DNA of 64,000 nucleotides from an uncultured Gemmatimonadales bacterium (GTDB lineage Bacteria; Gemmatimonadota; Gemmatimonadetes; Longimicrobiales; RSA9): NCBI GenBank assembly GCA_963708135.1, contig OY970192.1, positions 160,001 to 224,000 of the forward strand, read 5' to 3'. Shown piece by piece: positions 56,984 to 64,000 of this stretch (position 1 is its first letter; each line of letters starts with the position of its first letter). The notes under the pieces were generated by a model. It saw only the letters and a program-made list of their open reading frames with translations, ran no database searches and was not told where the DNA came from. The position numbers and the translations under genes were made by a program.

Positions 56984-57324
56984 CCGCTCGGGGCGAGCCG
57001 GGCTGCCGCCGGCGACGCCTCAGCCGCACCGCCTTCCGGCTCCGCCCGCTCCCGGAGCACGGTGTCCCGCGGGCGGACAGTCCGAGGTTGGCGGGGCAGT
57101 CGGCAAGGTGCCGGGTAAGCGGTTGTCGGGCAATCCGATGCGGGCGGGAACACAGCTCGGCCCCCGACTTGCTTTCGAGCCGCGCGTTCGAAGCCCCGAA
57201 CCCACCCGAGTGGGTGATCGGGTGAGTGGGAGAGTGGGTGATCACTCACGTCGGCCGACGGTGCGTCGACCAGGCGTGCGCGCAGTCCCGCATCCCGCAT
57301 CTCGCAATGCGAACCCGATCCGCC

Positions 57325-59736
57325 ATGACCGACTTCGTCCGCGATGCCCGCCTGGCGCTGCGCTCCTTCGCGCGCAGCCCCGCCTTCACCGCCACGGCCG
57401 TGGCCACGCTCGCGCTCGGGATCGGCGTGACGACGACGGTCTTCAGCCTCGTGGACCCGCTGCTGCTGCGTCCGCTGCCGCTGCGGGCGGCCGACCGGCT
57501 GGTGTGGATCGAGCAGATCCAGCAGGGGCCGTCCTCGATCATGATGTCGCCGCCGGAGCCGGTCGCGGAGGCGTGGGGGCGGCGGTCGCGCTCGTTCGAG
57601 GGGCTCGAGCCGTTCGACAACCGACGGGCGGTGGTCACGGGCGCGGCGGCCGCCGCTGTCCTGCCGGTCCGGTCGGTCCGTCCCGGCTTCCTGCGCTTCC
57701 TCGGCCTCGCCCCGGTGCTCGGGCGGCCGCTCCTGCCGGGCGACACGGCCGCGGCCGCGCCGGCGGTGGCGCTGCTCGGCTACGCGACGTGGCGCACACG
57801 GTTCGGCGGGGAGGCGTCCGTGCTGGGCCGCACCGTCGGGATCGACGGGAAGCCGTACACGATCGTGGGGGTGGCGCCGCGCGCGCTGTCGCGGCTGTGG
57901 GGCGGGCAGGACTTCTGGACGCCGCGTCGCGCGCCGGCGCCCGACACCTCCTCGTCGCCGCCGGTGGTCTCGCTGATCGGGCGGCTCCGGCCGGGCGTGG
58001 ATGCGGCCGCGGCCGCGCGCGAGCTGGACGGGATCCGGGCGCAGATGGCGGACCCGGTGTTCTTCGGGGAGCGGCCGTGGCGCACCGAGGTGACGCCGAT
58101 GCGGGACCGGGGCGCCGATTACGAGACGGAGCTGCTCCTGCTGCTCGGCGCGGTCGGGCTCGTGCTGGTGGTGGCGTGCGCGAACGTGGCGGGGTTGCTG
58201 CTCGTGCGCGGCGCGGGTCGGGCGCGGGAGATGGCGATCCGGACGTCGCTCGGGGCGAGCCGCGGCATGCTCGTGCGGCAGCTGCTGACGGAGAGCGTGC
58301 TGCTCGCCCTGCCGGCGGGGGCGCTCGGGTGCCTGCTCGCCGCGTGGGGCGTCGTCGGCCTCTCTCACCTCCGGCCGGACGGGCTCGCGGTCCTGGACCG
58401 CGCGACGGTGGACGGGCGGGTTCTGGCGTTCGCCGCGGTGGTCAGCGTGCTGACGGGGCTCCTCTTCGGACTGGCGCCGGCGCTCCGCGCGACCCAGGCG
58501 CGGCCGGCGGACACGCTCCGCGACGGGGCCGGCGGCGCGCGGCAGCGCCGGCGGCTGCGCGGCGGACTCGTCGCCTTCGAGGTGGCGCTCTCGGTGGTGC
58601 TGCTCACCGGGGTCGGGCTCCTCGTGCACTCGCTCGCGAGGCTGCGCGAGATCGACCCGGGCTTCCAGCCGCGCGGCCTCGCGCTGGCGAAGGTCACGCT
58701 GCCGAAGGAGCGCTACCCGGACGCGGCGAGCATCGACGCCTTCGCGCGCGCCGTCGAGCAACGCACGCGCGGGCTGCCCGGCGTCACCGACGCGGTGGTC
58801 ACGGGCGACATCCCGCTCGAGTACGGCATCACGTTCGGGGGTCTCGAGGTCGAGGGGGCGGCGGCGCCGGCCGAGCTCTCCCGCACGCCGCTCGCCTACG
58901 GCCGCGTCGCGCCCGGGAGCTTCAGGGTCTTTGGCATCCCGATCGTGGAGGGGCGGGGCTTCCTGCCCACGGAGCGCGGCAAGGACGCGCACGTGATGGT
59001 GGTCGGGGAGCGGCTCGCGCGGGCGCTCGCGCCGCACGGCGACGCCGTCGGGCTGCGGCTCCGCTTCGGCCCCGACTCCCCGTGGTACACCATCGTCGGC
59101 GTGGCGAAGGACATCGCGAGCAACGGGCTCGCCGGCCGCCCGAGCAACCGCTACCAGATCCACCATCCGTTCTCGGGCGAGCAGGTTGCGTTCGACAATA
59201 CGATCTGGCTGGCCGCCCGCACCGGTGGAAGCGACGTGGCGCTCGCGGCGATGCTCCGCGACGCGATCCGCTCCATGGACCGCCAGGCGCCGATCCGGGA
59301 GCTCGAGACGGGCGAGGCGCTCGTCTCGGGCGAGCTGGCCCCGACACGCTTCTACGCGACCCTGCTCGGCGGCTTCGCGGCGCTCGCCCTCGCCCTCGCC
59401 GCCGTCGGCCTCTTCGGCACACTCGCCCAGGCCGTGCAGCGCCGGACCCGCGAGATCGGTATCCGCATGGCACTCGGCGCCGCCGCGGCGGACGTGCGCG
59501 GAATGGTCGTCCGCCAGGGGATGGTGCCCGCCGCCGCGGGGCTCGTGATCGGCGGCGCCTCGTCGCTCGCCGCCACCCGCATCATGCGCGGCATGCTCTA
59601 CGACACCCGGCCAGGCGACCCGGCCACGCTCGCCGCCGTGGCGGCCGTCGTGCTGGCGACCGCGTTTCTGGCGAGCTGGCTGCCGGCGCGCCGGGCGACG
59701 CGGGTGGATCCGACGGAGGCGCTGCGGGCGGAATAG
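57325..59736 (+). CDS. ADOP-type duplicated permease, no N-terminal prefix
   Basis: Paralogue of 54325 gene with near-identical start; 'RVDPTEALRAE'. Confidence 0.92.
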   Translation: MTDFVRDARLALRSFARSPAFTATAVATLALGIGVTTTVFSLVDPLLLRPLPLRAADRLVWIEQIQQGPSSIMMSPPEPVAEAWGRRSRSFEGLEPFDNRRAVVTGAAAAAVLPVRSVRPGFLRFLGLAPVLGRPLLPGDTAAAAPAVALLGYATWRTRFGGEASVLGRTVGIDGKPYTIVGVAPRALSRLWGGQDFWTPRRAPAPDTSSSPPVVSLIGRLRPGVDAAAAARELDGIRAQMADPVFFGERPWRTEVTPMRDRGADYETELLLLLGAVGLVLVVACANVAGLLLVRGAGRAREMAIRTSLGASRGMLVRQLLTESVLLALPAGALGCLLAAWGVVGLSHLRPDGLAVLDRATVDGRVLAFAAVVSVLTGLLFGLAPALRATQARPADTLRDGAGGARQRRRLRGGLVAFEVALSVVLLTGVGLLVHSLARLREIDPGFQPRGLALAKVTLPKERYPDAASIDAFARAVEQRTRGLPGVTDAVVTGDIPLEYGITFGGLEVEGAAAPAELSRTPLAYGRVAPGSFRVFGIPIVEGRGFLPTERGKDAHVMVVGERLARALAPHGDAVGLRLRFGPDSPWYTIVGVAKDIASNGLAGRPSNRYQIHHPFSGEQVAFDNTIWLAARTGGSDVALAAMLRDAIRSMDRQAPIRELETGEALVSGELAPTRFYATLLGGFAALALALAAVGLFGTLAQAVQRRTREIGIRMALGAAAADVRGMVVRQGMVPAAAGLVIGGASSLAATRIMRGMLYDTRPGDPATLAAVAAVVLATAFLASWLPARRATRVDPTEALRAE

Positions 59737-60015
59737 GCGGACGGGCACGTCCTGCCTCGAATGCGGAGGAGCGGGCGAATTTCGAGATGCGCGCAGCGCG
59801 CGCCTGGTCCTGCGGGAGGGAGGGAGCTTCCCCGCCTCCTTCGGCGCGCGCAGCCGGTGATGCTTCGAGTTCCGCTGGCGCCGCCAACCGCCCCCGCGTG
59901 GGCGTCCCCGGACGTCGGGGTATGGTTCACGGCGCGGGCAGCGGACAGGGCGGGGACGGTCCCTGACGCGTAGGTGGCCGGCGCTTGCGACTCGTCGCCG
60001 ACGAACCTGATCCCC

Positions 60016-60104
60016 TCAGGTACACCAGTCCTCGACCACCAGCCCCGCCACCCGTCCGAATTCGCGCACATTGCAGCTAACCAGCCTCAAGCCGTGGGCG
60101 AGGC
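60016..60104 (-). pseudogene. VapC/PIN C-terminal fragment
   Basis: 'LAHGLRLVSCNVREFGRVAGLVVEDW' matches the VapC tail pattern. Confidence 0.7.
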
Positions 60105-60127
60105 GGCGCGCCGGGCCTCCGCTTGCC

Positions 60128-60233
60128 GGGGCCCGCGAATGCCCGGCGCACCGCCCCGGCCGGGGCTCCTTGTCGTGCGCACGTCCGGCCGCGCGCCGGC
60201 GCTCGCGCCGTGGTGGCGCTGCGGGCGGAGTGA
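60128..60233 (+). pseudogene. ADOP remnant (internal segment joined to stop region)
   Basis: 'GPRMPGAPPRPGLLVVRTSGRAPALAP' resembles 56212-56293 and is followed by GTGGCGCTGCGGGCGGAGTGA ('VALRAE*'). Confidence 0.75.
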
Positions 60234-60574
60234 GCAGACGGGCACGTGGGGACGGTGCAAAACTCGCCGCTCGTCGCTGCCGCGGGATCGATGGTCGCCT
60301 CGCGCACGAATATCCAGTAGAACCCGCCAGTGGATCTCCGGGCGGTGGAGTTGGATCGAGTTGTGCTCCTGGGGCCGGCCGAATCCGCCAATCGAAGGGC
60401 GCCGGACGTCGAGCGGCGGGTCTTGCACCCATTGCCGGTGGGTGGCGGCGCCGCCGAGCGCCCAGGCCTCTTCGCTAACGCACGGCCGGCCGGCCGGCTG
60501 CGCAGCGGTGTCGACATGGCGCCCCCCGACGTGGCTGGCGCCACGGATCGGCGGAAACGGCCTGCCGGGCGCGG

Positions 60575-60615
60575 CGGGTGGATCCGACGGAGGCGCTGCG
60601 GGCGGAATAGGCGGA
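60575..60615 (+). pseudogene. ADOP 3'-end remnant
   Basis: GCGGGTGGATCCGACGGAGGCGCTGCGGGCGGAATAGGCGG identical to 59700-59740. Confidence 0.8.
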
Positions 60616-60833
60616 GTCGAGCGGCGCTCCTGGCGCTCGGCTCTGCCGGGCTTCTGCTCGGCGGCTGCCGTGCCCGGCGGATCCGTGCGCGAACGACCGG
60701 CCGCGCCGGCGTGTCGATGTGCGGCCCCTCCGATCGACGCATTGATGAAGGCGCGAACGGCCCCCGACGTGCGGCGACCACGATCGTACCGAGTGGGGGC
60801 GCGACGGCATCTCCCGGACCACGGAGGGAACAG

Positions 60834-61193
60834 ATGAAATACCTGATGCTCATCAAGCACTCGGAGAGCACGCGCTCGCAGCCGATCCCCGAGGGGCTCC
60901 TCGACGCCATGGGCGAATTCGTCGGCGAAGGGCTCAAGAGCGGCGTGATCGAGGAGACGGCCGGGCTCAAGCGCTCCGCCGAGGGGTTCCGCGTCCGCTC
61001 GAGCGGCGGGAAGCTGACCACCACCGACGGGCCGTTCACCGAAGCCAAGGAGCTCGTCGGCGGCTTCGCGATCGTCGAGGTCGAATCGGAGGCGAAAGCC
61101 CGCGAGGTGGCGCACCAGTTCATGGAGCTCCACCGGATCCACTGGCCGGAGTTCGTCGGCGAGTGCGAGGTGCGGCCGTTCGAGGACATGTAG
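60834..61193 (+). CDS. YciI family (DGPF-domain) protein
   Basis: GGAGG RBS; 'MKYLML', 'TDGPFTEAKELVGGF', 'CEVRP'. Confidence 0.9.
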   Translation: MKYLMLIKHSESTRSQPIPEGLLDAMGEFVGEGLKSGVIEETAGLKRSAEGFRVRSSGGKLTTTDGPFTEAKELVGGFAIVEVESEAKAREVAHQFMELHRIHWPEFVGECEVRPFEDM

Positions 61194-61223
61194 CGACGGC
61201 CGCGAGACCGGCGCCGTCGCGTT

Positions 61224-61273
61224 CCTGTTGACTTCCGACACCAGGGCGCGCATTGTTGTCGGAAGCCGACAGG
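61224..61273 (+). promoter_or_regulatory. Two dyad boxes overlapping a putative sigma70 promoter upstream of padR
   Basis: TGTTGA-CTT-CCGACA (61226-61240) and TGTCGG-AAG-CCGACA (61257-61271); TTGACT-N17-CATTGT. Confidence 0.7.
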
Positions 61274-61275
61274 AC

Positions 61276-61312
61276 GGGGCGCGGGGCGCGGGGCGCGGGG
61301 CGCGGGGCGCGG
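61276..61312. repeat. Heptamer array (GGGGCGC) x5
   Basis: Directly visible in padR leader. Confidence 0.85.
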
Positions 61313-61399
61313 GCCCGGGACCGCAAGCGGGAGCGGGCGCGTGGCGCGCACACGCACACGCACCCGCACACGGGTGATCATGGCGAGACCGGAGGTCGT

Positions 61400-61735
61400 G
61401 TGGCCGAACCATCCTCTTCCGACGTCCTCCGCGGCACGCTCGACCTGCTGGTCCTGAAGACGCTGTCGCTCGCGCCGATGCACGGGTGGGGGATCAGCCA
61501 GCGGATCCAGCAGCTCTCGCGCGGGGTGCTGGAGGTGAACCAGGGCTCGCTCTATCCGGCGCTCCAGCGGCTGGAGCATCGGGGCCTGATCGAGAGCGAG
61601 TGGGACACGACGGCGCAGAACCGGCGCGCGAAGTACTACACGCTGACGCGGGCGGGACGGAAGGCGCTGGCGGCGGAAACGGAGAGCTGGCGCGGGTACG
61701 TCGCGGCGGTGGACTGGATCCTGGGGACAACGTGA
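61400..61735 (+). CDS. PadR family regulator (acidobacterial 'LRGTLDLLVL' subtype)
   Basis: GGAGG then GTG; 'HGWGIS', 'VNQGSLYPALQRLE', 'NRRAKYYTLT'. Confidence 0.93.
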   Translation: MAEPSSSDVLRGTLDLLVLKTLSLAPMHGWGISQRIQQLSRGVLEVNQGSLYPALQRLEHRGLIESEWDTTAQNRRAKYYTLTRAGRKALAAETESWRGYVAAVDWILGTT

Positions 61736-61805
61736 GCCGCGCAATGGCGTTCGCGTCCGAAGGGCCTCCCGCAAGCACGGGCCACGCAACCGCAGGCGGT
61801 CCCGG

Positions 61806-64000
61806 GTGAGCGCGCTCAAGGCCCTCCGCGCCCGCCTTCGCTCCGCCTTCTTCCGCCGCGCGGCGGATCAATCCCTCTCCGAGGAGATCCGCTTCCACCT
61901 CGCCATGGAGACGGAGCGGCTCGTGCGCGAAGGGGTGGCGCCGGGCGAGGCGCGGCGGCGGGCGTACGTCGCCTTCGGGGGAGTCGAGCGCTACGTCGAG
62001 GAGGCGCGGGACGGGCGGCGGCTGGGCTGGGTGGAGAGCGTCTGGCGCGACCTGCGCCACGCGCTCCGGCGCCTCGCCCGCTCGCCGGGTTTCGCTCTGG
62101 CGGTGATTCTCTCTCTGGCACTCGGCGTCGGCGCGAACGCGTCCGTTTTCGCGCTGATCCGGGGCGTGCTGCTGCGGCCGCTGCCGTATGCGCATCCGGA
62201 TCGGTTGGTCTCGATCGGCCGGCCGAACGACGGGCGGACGAACTGGGTGTCGTTCCCCGATGACGCCGAGGCGTGGCGCCGCGGCGCCCGAACGCTGGTC
62301 GCGGTGGCGAAGTTCATGGACACGCGCGGCGCAGTGCGAGGCGTGGGGACGGCAGAGTACGCGAAGGGCGCCGCGGCCACCGGCAACCTGCTTGACGTTC
62401 TCGGCGTTCATCCGCTGCTGGGGCGCTGGTTCACATCGGAAGAGGTCCGCGGCGCCGGGCGGTTCGTCGTGTTGAGCCGGGAGCTCTGGGAGCGTCAGCT
62501 TGCCGGCGACCCGCGGGCGATCGGACGATCCATCGAGATCGATGGCGTGCGGCGGACGGTGGTCGGCGTGCTGCCACGGGGGGTCGGCCTGCCACTGGAC
62601 GCGGAGTACTGGATTCCCGGACCGCGGCTGGAAATGGGCGAGGTCGTCGCCCGGGCACGGCCGGGCGCCTCGCTCACCGCGATCCGGCGCGAGCTCACGC
62701 GGCTATCGCCAACGACCTACTCCCGGGCAAAGCTGCATTTGCCAACGGCCATCGTCGTCGCACCGCTGCGCGAGCGGCTGTACGGCTCCCATGGCCCGGC
62801 GCTGCGCTTGCTCCTCGGCGCGGTGCTGCTGCTCTTCCTGATCGCATGCGCGAACATCTCGAGCCTCGCGCTCGCCCGCACCGTGGAGCGCCGCCACGAG
62901 CTGGCGATCCGCGTCAGCCTGGGCGCGAGCCGGCGCGCCCTCGTGCGGGATGTCTTCGCCGAGAACCTGCTGCTGGCGCTGGCGGGCGGTGGCGCGGGAA
63001 TCCTCGTCGCGGTGTGGAGCACGCGGCTGTTCCTCCACCTGAGCCCGGTCTCGATCGCGCGGCTGCCGGGGATCGGCGTCGGGGCGACGAGCATCGGATA
63101 CGCCGCGGGGCTCGCCCTGCTTGCGGCCGGCGTGGTCAGCATCGCGCCCGCGCTCGCGCTCACGCGCGGCTCGCTCAACCCGGCGCTCGGGGGCGAGGCG
63201 GCTCTCGGGACAGGGCCGCAGCGGATGCGCAAGGCGCTCATGGTCGCGCAGCTTGCCGTCGCCTTGCTGCTCCTCACCGGGTGCGGGCTGCTCGTCCGCA
63301 GCATGGAACGGCTGGAGAGCACCGATCTCGGCTTCAACCCGCGCGGGCTGGTCGTCCTTCACCTCGATCTTGCGATCCCACAGTACCGGGATACCGCGGC
63401 GCGCTCGCTCTTCGTGCGCGAGCTGACGGGCGCGGTCGGCGCGCTGCCCGGCGTCCGCTCGATGGCCAACGGGCCCCCGCCGCTCGTCGCGGGCCGGGGG
63501 GACCGTGGCTACTCCGAGGGCTTCGACGCGCTGTTCAGCCGTCGTGACCCGTCGGATCCGACGGCCCGGGGGGGCAACGTCTGGGTCAAGTACGTGGATC
63601 CCGACTACCTGTGGACCTTCCGCATTCGGATCCTCGCCGGCCGCGGGATCCGACCAGGCGACGACGCCGGCGCGCCCCCCGTCGCCCTCCTCAACGCCGC
63701 GGCGGCGAAGCTCTTCTTCCCGGGCGAGTCCGCGGTGGGCCGCACGGTCCCCGGGATCCCGCCGCAGATCCAGGGCGACGGCGGACCCGTCACCGTCGTC
63801 GGCGTGCTCTCGGATGTGCGCCAGCGGGACGTGACGCTCGCGGCGGAGCCGGAGATCTGGATGCCGAGGGCCCAGCACCCCGGCGGCTTCGCGCCGATCG
63901 ACCTCACGATCCGCACGACCGGCGACCCGCGGCCCATCGTGCGATCGATCCGCCGCACGATCGCGCAGCTCGACGCGGACCTCGCCCCGGAGCGGCTGTC
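61806..64000 (+). CDS. ADOP-type duplicated permease with 'EEIRFHL..G....EARR.A...FGG' prefix (3'-truncated by window edge)
   Basis: Open frame from GTG 61806 to window end; 'LALGVGANASVF', 'LLRPLPY', 'IACANI', 'HELAIRVSLGA'. Confidence 0.88.
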   Translation, partial: MSALKALRARLRSAFFRRAADQSLSEEIRFHLAMETERLVREGVAPGEARRRAYVAFGGVERYVEEARDGRRLGWVESVWRDLRHALRRLARSPGFALAVILSLALGVGANASVFALIRGVLLRPLPYAHPDRLVSIGRPNDGRTNWVSFPDDAEAWRRGARTLVAVAKFMDTRGAVRGVGTAEYAKGAAATGNLLDVLGVHPLLGRWFTSEEVRGAGRFVVLSRELWERQLAGDPRAIGRSIEIDGVRRTVVGVLPRGVGLPLDAEYWIPGPRLEMGEVVARARPGASLTAIRRELTRLSPTTYSRAKLHLPTAIVVAPLRERLYGSHGPALRLLLGAVLLLFLIACANISSLALARTVERRHELAIRVSLGASRRALVRDVFAENLLLALAGGGAGILVAVWSTRLFLHLSPVSIARLPGIGVGATSIGYAAGLALLAAGVVSIAPALALTRGSLNPALGGEAALGTGPQRMRKALMVAQLAVALLLLTGCGLLVRSMERLESTDLGFNPRGLVVLHLDLAIPQYRDTAARSLFVRELTGAVGALPGVRSMANGPPPLVAGRGDRGYSEGFDALFSRRDPSDPTARGGNVWVKYVDPDYLWTFRIRILAGRGIRPGDDAGAPPVALLNAAAAKLFFPGESAVGRTVPGIPPQIQGDGGPVTVVGVLSDVRQRDVTLAAEPEIWMPRAQHPGGFAPIDLTIRTTGDPRPIVRSIRRTIAQLDADLAPERL

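Noticed and set aside
53812..59966. 1978-aa (minus) and 1684-aa (plus) giant ORFs
   Set aside because: Shadow frames of the GC-rich permease genes; Arg/Pro/Ala-rich with no motifs
61732..61809. 25-codon ORF coupled between padR and the permease
   Set aside because: Overlaps both neighbours but has no permease-like residues; cannot tell a leader peptide from chance

Overview
Very GC-rich bacterial DNA. Gene content (ADOP orphan permeases with PadR regulators, a TIGR02999-type ECF with a Ser/Thr kinase, TPR and S9 proteins) suggests Gemmatimonadota or a similar soil lineage; this is inference only. Layout: (1) 1-6.2 kb, 3' half of an alternative complex III (actE/F/G-like) plus A2-type caa3 oxidase operon. 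(2) 6.3-11.2 kb, a paoABC/yagTSR-type Mo-hydroxylase operon bracketed by mirror-image repeat arms. (3) 11.5-18.9 kb, an accessory tract with a 550-aa orphan toxin-like protein, a truncated TNT-like ORF, co-oriented small genes and an integrase fragment. (4) 19-42.6 kb, AsmA, feoB/Cys-rich/feoA, a hydrolase, cytochrome c peroxidase, ABC1 kinase, a composite repeat tract, Tex, a receiver protein, DUF2231-Rieske, an ECF/kinase module, a serine hydrolase and a TPR protein. (5) 42.8-64 kb, five MacB/FtsX-like duplicated permease genes with no ATPase in the window, three PadR genes with dyad operators, permease remnants, disabled toxin-antitoxin toxins and a duplicated 171-bp palindromic element. 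The best candidates for undescribed biology are the PadR-subtype / permease-N-terminus / operator co-variation (a possible membrane signalling system), the repeat-bracketed paoABC unit with a family of ~61-bp-period dyad modules, the orphan toxin-like pair, and a recurrent pattern of deletions that remove gene middles but keep both ends. No rRNA, tRNA or CRISPR array was seen. All family calls come from motif recognition by eye, not database searches.
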